DNA from: Myxococcota bacterium
GTDB taxonomy: Bacteria > Myxococcota_A > UBA9160 > UBA6930
DNA length: 64,000 nucleotides
NCBI GenBank assembly: GCA_965223705.1
Contig: OZ245015.1
Coordinates: 2,240,001 to 2,304,000, forward strand
Reading direction: 5' to 3'
Numbering within the stretch: position 1 is the stretch's first letter; every line of letters starts with the position of its first letter. Made by a program: the position numbers and the translations under genes. The notes below the pieces were generated by a model, which saw only the letters and a list, made by a program, of their open reading frames with translations, did not search any database and was not told the origin of the DNA. This document shows positions 9,554 to 18,535 of the stretch, in pieces.

Positions 9554-10221
9554 GCCGCTGTGGCGTAGGGGTGGTGGCGACTGCCTCGCAGTCTCCACCA
9601 AGCACTGGTGACCCGCTCGTAGCGTTCACTCAGACACGCTCCCACCGGCGTGCGGCGCAGGTTCCAGCTCGTGGCTGCGGGCCGGTCCGTGACCGTTGCT
9701 GCGTAGGAAATTTGCGGGTCCGGCACGAGTTCGGTCGCGTTGCCGCGCGTCAGGGTTTCCGGAGAGCCGAAGCGGACGCGGGCGACTCCCTTTCGAAAGG
9801 CGTCACAGCCCGCGGCGAGTTTCTCTCGGATCTTCTTGCGAACGCCCGGGCATTCCGACAGCGCTTCCGCCCGGCCGATCGAGAGCTCGTGCGCTGCGTT
9901 GCCGTTCTCGTCGTACACGACGGGCGCGTCGATCACGAAGTCGAGGGCATCGGCGTGGAGCCGTGAGGCGATCTCGGCGGAAAGCTCCTCCTCGGACTTC
10001 GACTTGGCACCCGCGAGTTCATTGGTCGGAAGACTCGTTTGGCTGGCCGCTTTTTCGATCTCTCGATGTCCGCGGTGCAGAAGCAAGGAGCGGTCTTCGT
10101 CGACGGAGTTCAGGTACTGGGCAAGCCGCTCCGGTCCGCTCGGATGTTGTAGGACCAGGGCTCCGGCGTGAATGACCCGCTCGACAGGATGGCGTTCCGA
10201 CTGAATTGGCACGTTTCGCAT
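9550..10221 (-). CDS. Hypothetical protein
   Basis: AAGGAGG RBS before ATG 10221 and upstream sigma54-like promoter; no family recognised. Confidence 0.6.
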   Translation of the reverse strand: MRNVPIQSERHPVERVIHAGALVLQHPSGPERLAQYLNSVDEDRSLLLHRGHREIEKAASQTSLPTNELAGAKSKSEEELSAEIASRLHADALDFVIDAPVVYDENGNAAHELSIGRAEALSECPGVRKKIREKLAAGCDAFRKGVARVRFGSPETLTRGNATELVPDPQISYAATVTDRPAATSWNLRRTPVGACLSERYERVTSAWWRLRGSRHHPYATAA

Positions 10222-10253
10222 GTTGGTTCGTGTCCTCCTTGCCACGACAACAG

Positions 10254-10270
10254 TGCACGAGCCGTGCCAG
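10254..10270 (-). promoter_or_regulatory. Putative sigma54 (-24/-12) promoter for 9550..10221
   Basis: Minus strand reads CTGGCACGGCTCGTGCA (TGGCAC, GG-N10-GC). Confidence 0.72.
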
Positions 10271-10394
10271 CCGTCTAGCGCCAGGAGAGCGCGTTAGGCA
10301 CCGAAACCGGACATCCGTGTCGCGTCTTCGCGGTATCTCGGCCATCGCTGACAGATCGACCCGACTTGCGGGTGCGTTCAGACGTTACGCGTGC

Positions 10395-11759
10395 CTACAG
10401 ACAGCCCGCATTCGGATTCGGTTCGCTGACCGGGCCCCAGAACTCCACCTTGATGCCATCGGGGTCGAAGAAAAACACGATCCCGACGTCACCGGCATTG
10501 GTTCCACCGCCGATCGGGCCGAGCTGTTCGAAACCGATCCGATTCATCTCATCGATGGTCGCGTTCAGGTCGTCGACGTAGAAAGCGATACGGTCGATGC
10601 CCAGGTGATTGACCGGCGGTGAGTAGGGCGGCGACCCGTCGAAAGGCTTCTTCCACTGCCGCAACTGCAACGTCGCATTGGGATTGCCGACAAAGGGGAT
10701 TCCCGGGGTGGGACCCGGAAGGCTGACGTCGACGCCCTTGAACTTGATCCGGCCGCTTTGTCCGTGGGCCGCGGCAAACTCACCCGAGCCGGCCTGTGAG
10801 GCGGGCTTGGACTCGGTAAACCCGAGCAACCGATAGAACTCCCGCGATCGTTTCAGGTCAGCCACGTTCATGTTCGTGTTGACGAGCGCGACCAAGTTCG
10901 GCGGACCGGGGTTCGCCGGTACGCCCGACAAATCCTCGATCAACTTCAAGAAGGTGCCATCTTGATCCTTCAGGAAGACGAACCGCTCACCATTGGGCGC
11001 GACCGCGGGCGGCGATACAAATTCGACGCCCTCTCCCATGAGGAAGTCGTAGGCGCCGTCGAGGTCGGTCGTCGAGTACGTCGAGTACGCCATGCCGATG
11101 TGGTTCAGGTTTGCGTAGGGCGGATCGTCGCGGAACGAATCCTCTCGGAACTGCACCGTATCGACCCAGGGCGGCGCGCCGTTGAAGCTCGTCAGGGCGA
11201 CGAAAATCAGATAGTTGTCCGGGAACCCGAGCGACTGCGCAAAAGTCCGACACACCTCGGGCCCCGCCGGGAAAATCTCGCCGGAGAGTCCCAGCGTGTT
11301 GTAGAACGCCCGCTGGCGGTCCATGTCGCTGGTGTTGAGGCCGTAGTACACCTTGGCGCGCACGTCGAAGTTTGCCTCGGTGTACTGAACGACGCGAACG
11401 CCGAGTTTTCCTCCGGGCTTTCCGCGAACGCTCACCTCGATGGTGTTCTCAGGCTGGAGCTGCAACGGGATGACGACCTTGCCGTTGCCGCGGAAGTCCC
11501 GAGCCCGAACGACTTCGACGCCGTTGATGACGATCTTGGCGTTCTTGATTCCCTTATCTCGCAGGATCAGCTTCGCGGGACCGTCGATAGCCCTGAACGT
11601 GGCCGAATGGGTCGTCGGTTTTCCGCGCTCGCGTTCGTAGACCTCCGGGCCGAAGCGGGTCAGGTTGGCCTCGCCCGCTGAGGCCGTGGTGGATACAACG
11701 GCGAGAACGCCCAGTACCGATACGAAGACCGATGCAAAGCTTCCGAATCCGTTCCTCAT
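10395..11759 (-). CDS. Exported VOC (glyoxalase/bleomycin resistance) family protein with tandem VOC domains and extra N-terminal beta-rich domain
   Basis: Signal peptide ending ...TTASA; GLNTSDMDRQRAFY, NHIG, FLKDQDGTFLKL, NVADLKRSREFY, DRIAFYVDDL, FFFDPDGIKVEF; GGGAGG RBS. Confidence 0.75.
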   Translation of the reverse strand: MRNGFGSFASVFVSVLGVLAVVSTTASAGEANLTRFGPEVYERERGKPTTHSATFRAIDGPAKLILRDKGIKNAKIVINGVEVVRARDFRGNGKVVIPLQLQPENTIEVSVRGKPGGKLGVRVVQYTEANFDVRAKVYYGLNTSDMDRQRAFYNTLGLSGEIFPAGPEVCRTFAQSLGFPDNYLIFVALTSFNGAPPWVDTVQFREDSFRDDPPYANLNHIGMAYSTYSTTDLDGAYDFLMGEGVEFVSPPAVAPNGERFVFLKDQDGTFLKLIEDLSGVPANPGPPNLVALVNTNMNVADLKRSREFYRLLGFTESKPASQAGSGEFAAAHGQSGRIKFKGVDVSLPGPTPGIPFVGNPNATLQLRQWKKPFDGSPPYSPPVNHLGIDRIAFYVDDLNATIDEMNRIGFEQLGPIGGGTNAGDVGIVFFFDPDGIKVEFWGPVSEPNPNAGCL

Positions 11760-11839
11760 GACGCCTCCCGTGTGTATGCGGGAATTGTCTCATACGCCCG
11801 CCGTGCGGGGGTGACATTCGCGAAACAAAGATCGCTCGG

Positions 11840-13078
11840 CTAGATCAGGGCTTCCGCCCAGCGCGCGCGGAGCGCTTCGACGCGCTCACCGGAGACGTCT
11901 TCCATGCGGGAGAGCACTCGCCCGGGGAGGAGATCCTCCGCCTCGAGGCGCACCTGAAGCTCCCGTGCCGCCGCGTAGGAGGGGCTGCCGACGTCGAGTA
12001 GGCGGATCTTCGTCTTCTGCGTGCTCGGGTCGAGGATGTCGTCGAAGGGGACGGGTACGATGGCGTCGGACTCGCGCGTGATCATGACGGCGTCCCCGCC
12101 GTCGAGGAGACAGCGTACGGCGCCGGCACCGAGATCGCGGGTGTAGGCGATGTCGAATGCGTTCGGGCTGGCGCAACGCAGCTCGTAGCCGACGTCCTTG
12201 GCGACGAGCGTCGTCGATAATCCGAGCTCTCGAAGCCCGGAGCGCACGCGGTCGATCACCAAGCGACCCAACGGGAGCTCTGCCAGGCGCGGATGACCGT
12301 GCTCGTCACGCGGGACCTCCGGCACGTCGGCCAAGTCCGCCGGGTCGAGACGCTCACCAATGCCCTCGGCGAGGACGGCCACCCCATAGGGACGGCCGAC
12401 GGCCATGCGTTTCACGATTGCCGCCTCGATCGTGCGCGCGATCTGTTGCAGAGAACCCGTCGGCTGAGGCAGTTCTTCGGCGACGAGCGCCAAGGTCGCG
12501 CCGGCCGCCTTCGCGGCCCCGAGGGCCAAGTGGCCCGCCGAGCGCCCCATCACGACCGCGACGTACCAGCGGCTCGTCGTTCGCGCATCTTCCATGAGGT
12601 GACTCAAGATGCGCGCCGCCTCTTCGCGGGCGGTCTCGAACCCGAAGGTCGGGATGCCCGGCGGTAGCGGCAGATCGTTGTCGATGGTCTTGGGAACGTG
12701 GGCCACGCGAATACGTCCCTTGGCTTCCTCGGACACGCGACGCGCCGAGTGACAAGTGTCGTCCCCGCCGATCGTGATGAGGTAATCAACGCCGAGCCCC
12801 TCGAGACAGGAGACGACTCGCGCCAGATCTTCCGGACGTTTCGTCGGGTTGGCCCGCGACGTCTGCAACACCGATCCGCCGAGCAGGTGAATGCGGGAGA
12901 CCTCGCCGATCAAGAGGTCGCGAACCGCCGAGGTGTCCCCGGCGATCAAGCCCTCGAAGCCCGACGGGATACCGAGGACCCGGGCCCCTTGCCGGCGCGC
13001 CAGAATCGCGGCGGAGCCGATCACTCCGTTGATGCCCGGCGCCGGCCCGCCGCCGACGAGAATGCCAAACGTCGCCAT
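11840..13078 (-). CDS. pfp: Phosphofructokinase, PPi-dependent type (PfkA family)
   Basis: GGGPAPGIN, GGSVLQTSR, IGGDDT, PKTIDND, VMGRSAGHL, GYELRC; start re-picked at MATFGILV. Confidence 0.88.
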   Translation of the reverse strand: MATFGILVGGGPAPGINGVIGSAAILARRQGARVLGIPSGFEGLIAGDTSAVRDLLIGEVSRIHLLGGSVLQTSRANPTKRPEDLARVVSCLEGLGVDYLITIGGDDTCHSARRVSEEAKGRIRVAHVPKTIDNDLPLPPGIPTFGFETAREEAARILSHLMEDARTTSRWYVAVVMGRSAGHLALGAAKAAGATLALVAEELPQPTGSLQQIARTIEAAIVKRMAVGRPYGVAVLAEGIGERLDPADLADVPEVPRDEHGHPRLAELPLGRLVIDRVRSGLRELGLSTTLVAKDVGYELRCASPNAFDIAYTRDLGAGAVRCLLDGGDAVMITRESDAIVPVPFDDILDPSTQKTKIRLLDVGSPSYAAARELQVRLEAEDLLPGRVLSRMEDVSGERVEALRARWAEALI

Positions 13079-13130
13079 GCTCACCCCCTGACAAAGCGGA
13101 GATCGTACGCAGCGCCGAGCGGGCGCGCGA

Positions 13131-13892
13131 CTACTTGAGCAACCGACGCTTGAGCGCAAGCACCGCGAGTGGCGTGAACACCACCACTATCGCCGCGGAG
13201 TAAAGTGCCCACAGCGTGTGTTCGCCGGCCCATGTCCCTTCGGTGCACGCTCGCGCCATCTGCACGAGCGGAGTCAGTGGCGCCACCCGTGCGATCGGCT
13301 CGATCCAGTCCGGGAGTACGGAGATCGGGAAGAACGACCCGCTAAAGAAAAACAGCGGCGACGCCACCAGCGTGAAGACGAGCGAGAGGACATGGAGCGA
13401 TTTCGAGAGCGCCGCAAAGAGGAGGCCGATGCCTCCGAACACCAAGCCCGTACCGACCCCTACGGCGAGAAGACCCGGGGTAGCCGCGAGGGGAATCCAG
13501 CCGAAGGCGAGCGCGAAGACGCCGAGTGCGCTGACGGAAATCAGCGCGCGCGTGACAGCGAACGCGAGCTCGGCGAGCACGATTTCGGCCACGGTGACCG
13601 GCGCCGTCAGGATGGTGTCGTAGACACTCTGGTTGATGCGCTCGAAGGCACTCCAAGACGCTTCGAAAATCGCGTGGAACATGGCGTTGCCGACGAGGAT
13701 GCCCGGCGTGACGAAAGCGGCGTAGGCGCCGTGCCCTTCGACGTCTCCCACGAGTCGGCCGATTCCGATCGCCGCGGCCGCGAGCACCACCACCGGCTCG
13801 ACCACGAACCAGGTGAACGCCACCTTCCACACGCGCAGCAGGGCCAGGATATGGCGCCGCCACACGCCTACGACCGAGCGCCAGCGAATCAT
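13131..13892 (-). CDS. ABC-2 type exporter permease (NodJ-like)
   Basis: Six TMs; YAAFVTPGI, ILTAPV..EIVLAE, FFSGSFFPI..LP. Confidence 0.9.
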   Translation of the reverse strand: MIRWRSVVGVWRRHILALLRVWKVAFTWFVVEPVVVLAAAAIGIGRLVGDVEGHGAYAAFVTPGILVGNAMFHAIFEASWSAFERINQSVYDTILTAPVTVAEIVLAELAFAVTRALISVSALGVFALAFGWIPLAATPGLLAVGVGTGLVFGGIGLLFAALSKSLHVLSLVFTLVASPLFFFSGSFFPISVLPDWIEPIARVAPLTPLVQMARACTEGTWAGEHTLWALYSAAIVVVFTPLAVLALKRRLLK

Positions 13893-14821
13893 GGCTCCCC
13901 CAACCCACGCCCGGCGAGTGCGAGAAATACGTCCTCCAGGTTGGCCGGCCGCTCCGTCACACGCGCGCCCGGTAGCGCCGGGAGCGCTGGGCTCTCGCCG
14001 TCGCGCCCGGTCACGCGAAACACCGCACCGAGCTCACGGTAGGCATAGCCCGTGGCGTCGAGCGCTTGACGCAAGCGCTCGCGCGCGGCCGGATCCGGAT
14101 CGTTCGGACGGACTTCGGCCACGCCGCCCGCGGCGTGGCGCGTCACCAGTTCGTGCGGGGCCGCCTCATCGAGAAGGCGGCCCGAATGGAGCATGGCAAT
14201 GCGGTCCGAGAGGGTTTCCGCCTCGTCCATGTAGTGGGTCGTCATGAGGATCGTCACGCCCTGCCCCTTCAGCACCGCGAGCTCTTCCCAGACTTTGACG
14301 CGGCTCTCGGGGTCGAGGCCCGTCGACGGTTCGTCGAGGACGATCACCCGGGGCCGGTTGACGAGCGCGCGGGCGATCGCGAGCCGCCGGCGCATCCCGC
14401 CCGAGAGCTCGTCGACGCGATCCTTCGCGCGCGCCGTCAGGTCGAAGAAGTCGAGGACGTCGTCGGCGCGGCGGCCGGCGTCGCGTCGCGAAAGCCCACA
14501 GAGATAGCCGAAGACCTCGAGGTTCTGGCGCACGGACACATCGCTATCGAGGCCGTCCGCCTGGGTGACGACGCCCATGATGTGCCGCACCTCGCGCGGC
14601 GCTTCCGTCACGTCGAGGCCGGCCACACGAGCGCTGCCGCCGCTCGGTGGTGAGAGCCCGGCGAGGATGCGCATGATGCTCGTCTTCCCCGCGCCGTTCG
14701 GACCGAGCAGACCCACGGTCTCGCCGCGCGCGACGTCGAACGAAACGCCATCGACGGCTCGTGTTCCGCTGAATTCCTTGACGAGGTTCACCACCTCGAT
14801 TTCCGGGCGATCGCCGAGCAC
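13889..14821 (-). CDS. ABC exporter ATP-binding protein (NodI/DrrA-like)
   Basis: GPNGAGKT, LSGGMRRR, LDEPSTGLDP, TTHYMDEAE, LEDVFL; start re-picked at GTG 14821. Confidence 0.92.
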   Translation of the reverse strand: MLGDRPEIEVVNLVKEFSGTRAVDGVSFDVARGETVGLLGPNGAGKTSIMRILAGLSPPSGGSARVAGLDVTEAPREVRHIMGVVTQADGLDSDVSVRQNLEVFGYLCGLSRRDAGRRADDVLDFFDLTARAKDRVDELSGGMRRRLAIARALVNRPRVIVLDEPSTGLDPESRVKVWEELAVLKGQGVTILMTTHYMDEAETLSDRIAMLHSGRLLDEAAPHELVTRHAAGGVAEVRPNDPDPAARERLRQALDATGYAYRELGAVFRVTGRDGESPALPALPGARVTERPANLEDVFLALAGRGLGEP

Positions 14822-14831
14822 GGGCTGGAAC

Positions 14832-15932
14832 TTAGGCGTCGGGGTGCAGCTCTTCGAGTGGACGAAACGGAGCGTCGATGCCGAACGCGCGCGGGCCGAA
14901 GATCGCGAGCGCCTCGGGGCTTCGCATGATCGGTGCGCAGCTCGTTCCGATGACGCGGACCCGCTGTCCGTAGCGCAGCGCCTCCGTCGTGATGGGCTCG
15001 GCGGTCTCCGCATCGATCACGCAGATCAAGTCCGGCACGATGGCGCAGATCTCGTCGTTCTGGCGCGCGACGAGGTTCTCGTTTTGGAATTCGATCTCGA
15101 GGCTCCCCTGCCCACTCCCACTCTGCGATTCGATACGGCAGTGGCCGACGGAGAAGCCGCGCGTTGTCTCGCGACGCAGGTCGGCGATCTTGCCCTCGAA
15201 GAGCACCTTGCACCGGTTGTAGAACGGGCTCGCTCGTAGGGCTTCGAGCAGGTGGGCTGTGGGGTCACCCTCGCGCCGGCCCCGCTCGATGGCGCGGCCG
15301 ATTTCCAGTGCCACGCTGAGTGTGCCCAAGACCCCAGCGCGTTTCAGCTCTGCACCGCTCATGGGATAGCAGGACATGAGCGCACTGAGGCCCATCTGCA
15401 CGACGTTCGCGCGCGCCATGTCCTCCGCGGTCTTGGCATCCGAGGCTTCGATCACGACGCTGTTCCCGTGCTCATCGGCCATCGCGAGGGGGGCCGCTCC
15501 GATTCCGTAGATGTTGAACGTGACCATCTGCAGCTCGGGGAAAGCGCGGCCCATGCCGTCCGCGTCGACCAGGGGAAGGCCCAGGCGTGCGGCGGCGGCG
15601 ATCGGGATCATCGAGTTACAACCGCCGATCTCGATGGGAGCGATGAACGAGGCGGTACGTCCCCGGTACGCCTCGAGGCGCCTGACAGAAAGGACGATGT
15701 CGTCGCCGCTCGCGATCTTCTCGACGAGCACCGTCGGGGCGCCGATCATCGCCGAGGTGTAGACGGCGGCATCGTCGGGGAGCGCCTCGGGAGCCACGAC
15801 TTCGGGCATGCCGCACTCGCGAATCGCCTGTTCGGCGATGAGGCGCCCGATGTACGGGTCACCGCCGCCTCCGGTGCCGAGGAAAGCGGCGCCCCGCGCG
15901 AGATCGGCCAAGTCTTCGACCGCCAGCTTCAT
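14832..15932 (-). CDS. DUF917 family protein (S-methyl-thiohydantoin desulfurase-like)
   Basis: GAAFLGTGGGG, IEIGGCNS, DADGMGRAFPELQM, FQNENL, VPDLIC, TTEALRYG. Confidence 0.9.
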   Translation of the reverse strand: MKLAVEDLADLARGAAFLGTGGGGDPYIGRLIAEQAIRECGMPEVVAPEALPDDAAVYTSAMIGAPTVLVEKIASGDDIVLSVRRLEAYRGRTASFIAPIEIGGCNSMIPIAAAARLGLPLVDADGMGRAFPELQMVTFNIYGIGAAPLAMADEHGNSVVIEASDAKTAEDMARANVVQMGLSALMSCYPMSGAELKRAGVLGTLSVALEIGRAIERGRREGDPTAHLLEALRASPFYNRCKVLFEGKIADLRRETTRGFSVGHCRIESQSGSGQGSLEIEFQNENLVARQNDEICAIVPDLICVIDAETAEPITTEALRYGQRVRVIGTSCAPIMRSPEALAIFGPRAFGIDAPFRPLEELHPDA

Positions 15933-17500
15933 CGAGGTGCTCCCTCAGAAGCCGACGCGTGACTGAGGTCGCCGGCGACTTTCAGGCGGACCCGAACCGC
16001 TCCGCCTGGGATATATGCGAGGGGGACTTCTTCGAGGTCGACCGTCTCGACGGTACTCGGTTCCGCTCCGGCTTCGACGGCGAGCCTCGTCGCTTCGGCG
16101 CGGGCTTCCTCGAGGGCCTCGTCGCGTTCCGTCCGCTCGTAGGAGAACACGCGATCGACTTCCCCACCGACTTGGGCGATCGATGCGCCGATGGCGTTCG
16201 CCACCCCGGCGTACTCGGGCACGCGTCGGTCCGAACAGCCGGGAATCTCGCGATCGAGGAGTACCGCCCCACCACCGACGAGGATGAGAGGAACCTGACC
16301 CGCCTGGGTCTTCATACGATCCACGCCGTCTGCCACCATGGCGTGCATCCGCGCAACGCACGCTTCGACGACGTCGCGGTCGAGATCCGCGACGCGCTGG
16401 CGATCGCCCAGGTCGGCGTAGCCGGCGGCGACTGCGATGTCGGTCGCGGTGAGGGTCTCCCCACCGAAGACCCGCGCTTCTCGCTCCAGCCGGTGGCCCA
16501 CAGAGCGCGGACCGATGCCGACCTCGGGTCCTTCGAACGTGACGAGGCTACCTCCCCCGAGTCCGAGAGCGATCGTGTCGGGCATACGGAAGTTGGTGCG
16601 GACGCCACCGATGTCGGCCACCACCGAGGACTCGCGTGGGAATCCGCCGACGAGCACGCCGATATCGGTCGTGGTGCCGCCGATGTCGGCCACGGCCGCG
16701 TCCTCGAGACCCGACAAGTACGCCGCGCCGCGCATACTGTTGGTCGGCCCGGACGCGAACGTGAGCACGGGGTAGCGCTCTACGCGCTCGGCGCGCATCA
16801 GGGTCCCGTCGTTCTGGCTGATGTAGAACGGCGCGTCGATGCGAAGCTCTCGCAGTGCATCTCGAAACGACTGCACCACCCGCCGGGCGAGATCGGCAAG
16901 GCTTGCGTTCATCACCGCCGCGTTCTCCCGCTCGAGGAGTCCGATCCGGCCGATCCGAGACGAGAGCGTCACCGCCGCGTCGGGTACCTCGTTACAGATG
17001 ATCTCTTCAGCGCGTTCTTCGAGGTCCGCGTTGACCGGCGAGAAGAGCGCCAGGACGGCCGCGGCGCGCAGACCCTTGCGCTTCATGTCGCGAGCGGCTT
17101 CCGCAAGCCCGGCTTCGTCGAAGGGAGCGAGGGGCCGGCCGTCGCAGTGATAGCCGCCCCGGAGGAGATACGGATGCGACCCGACGGCTCGCGCGAGTCC
17201 CTCGGGCCAGTCGACGAGTGGCGGGAGTGATCGCGCGGCCGGCATCGCAATCCGGAACACGGCGACTTCGAGGAGATTGCGTCGCTCGACGAATGCGTTC
17301 GTGAATTGCGTCGTACCGATCATCACGCTGTCGATGCGATCGGTGGGGGTTCCCGAAGCGTCGAGAACCGCCCGGATCGCGGCGACGATGCCGTCGCTCA
17401 CGTTCTCGCTGGTCGCAGCTTTGTGGCTGGCGATGAGCGTTCGCCCGTCCATCACCACCGCGTCGGTGTTGGTTCCACCGACGTCGACTCCGATCCTCAC
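15929..17500 (-). CDS. Hydantoinase/oxoprolinase A-type ATP-dependent protein
   Basis: GVDVGGTNTD, ERENAAVMNA, SQNDGTL, SGPTNSMRGA, DIGGTTTD, VANAIGA; start re-picked at GTG 17500. Confidence 0.9.
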   Translation of the reverse strand: MRIGVDVGGTNTDAVVMDGRTLIASHKAATSENVSDGIVAAIRAVLDASGTPTDRIDSVMIGTTQFTNAFVERRNLLEVAVFRIAMPAARSLPPLVDWPEGLARAVGSHPYLLRGGYHCDGRPLAPFDEAGLAEAARDMKRKGLRAAAVLALFSPVNADLEERAEEIICNEVPDAAVTLSSRIGRIGLLERENAAVMNASLADLARRVVQSFRDALRELRIDAPFYISQNDGTLMRAERVERYPVLTFASGPTNSMRGAAYLSGLEDAAVADIGGTTTDIGVLVGGFPRESSVVADIGGVRTNFRMPDTIALGLGGGSLVTFEGPEVGIGPRSVGHRLEREARVFGGETLTATDIAVAAGYADLGDRQRVADLDRDVVEACVARMHAMVADGVDRMKTQAGQVPLILVGGGAVLLDREIPGCSDRRVPEYAGVANAIGASIAQVGGEVDRVFSYERTERDEALEEARAEATRLAVEAGAEPSTVETVDLEEVPLAYIPGGAVRVRLKVAGDLSHASASEGAPR

Positions 17501-17528
17501 GGTGGGGCTCCGCTCTCGCCGACGTTGT

Positions 17529-18521
17529 TCACAGCGCGGGCAGAATCTCGCGCGCCGCCAGGGCGAGCTGGGTTTCCATCTGGTCCGGCGCGGCCAGCAC
17601 CAACGACACTTGCGCCGCGCCGGCATCGAGGAGGCGCCGAACGCTTTCGGCGCACTCGTCCGGCTCACCCGCGACGGCGAGCAACTCGATCCATTCCGAA
17701 GGCATTTCTTTCGCGACGAGCGCCGGATCGCCCAGTTTTTGAAGCTCGGCGATGTCGTCGTTCAAGCCGAGTGGAGCGGTGAGCGCGGTCGGTCCTACCG
17801 CTGTGAGGTAGTGCGCCACCACGCCGGCCGCCGCGGTGCGGGCCTTCTCCCGATCGGGGTCGCACGCGAAGATCGCGAGAATGGGGAACTCGTGCGTCTT
17901 CCTTCCCGAGAGCGCTCCGCCGCGCTCGATGTGCGTCTTTGCTTCTTCGATGTAGGCCGGAGCGATGAGCACGCTGCCGAGCGTTCCGTCGGCGACCTCG
18001 CCCGAGACTGCGAGAGACCGCGGACCCAGGACGCCGGTCACGATCTTGGCGCCGGGCAAGGGATGAGAGAGCCGGACCGCGTCGAAGTGGAAGTGGCCGT
18101 CGTGTTCGGTGAGGGTCTCCCCTTCGAGCAAGCGCCGCACCGAGACGACGACTTCGCGCAGCACCGCCAGTGGCGACGACGGGTAGACCCCCATCTGGCG
18201 GGTCCACGCCGGGACGCCGTGGCCGATGCCCGCGACCAGGCGATCGGGAAACGCGCGGCCGAGGGTGGCGATCTCCATGGCGGTCACCGCCGGGTGTCGC
18301 GTCACGGAGGAGACAATGCCGAGACCGCAGCGAAGTTCTCGTGTCGAACCGAGGATCGCCCCGGCGCTCGCGAAAGCCGCGAGCTCGAAGTAGTCCTCCG
18401 CCGCCCAGACATCGCGGAAGCCGAGCTCCTCCACCGTGCGCGCCAGACCCGGCAGCTGCTCCGGAGGCAGGTAAGGAGGGATGCAGACCGCTAGAGGGTC
18501 GTCGTAACGCAAAAACTCCAT
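17529..18521 (-). CDS. LLM-class flavin (possibly F420)-dependent oxidoreductase
   Basis: EELGFRDVWAAEDYF, TRHPAVTAMEIATL, GIGHG, GEVADG. Confidence 0.85.
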   Translation of the reverse strand: MEFLRYDDPLAVCIPPYLPPEQLPGLARTVEELGFRDVWAAEDYFELAAFASAGAILGSTRELRCGLGIVSSVTRHPAVTAMEIATLGRAFPDRLVAGIGHGVPAWTRQMGVYPSSPLAVLREVVVSVRRLLEGETLTEHDGHFHFDAVRLSHPLPGAKIVTGVLGPRSLAVSGEVADGTLGSVLIAPAYIEEAKTHIERGGALSGRKTHEFPILAIFACDPDREKARTAAAGVVAHYLTAVGPTALTAPLGLNDDIAELQKLGDPALVAKEMPSEWIELLAVAGEPDECAESVRRLLDAGAAQVSLVLAAPDQMETQLALAAREILPAL

Positions 18522-18535
18522 GGAAGGCTCCTGGC

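Noticed and set aside
10206..10221. TTGGCACGTTTCGCA, a sigma54-like string on the + strand
   Set aside because: GG-to-GC spacing is not 10 nt, and it lies inside a minus-strand gene start with no gene downstream
11760..11840. Possible riboswitch or structured leader upstream of the VOC gene
   Set aside because: Only a short GC hairpin; no recognisable aptamer consensus
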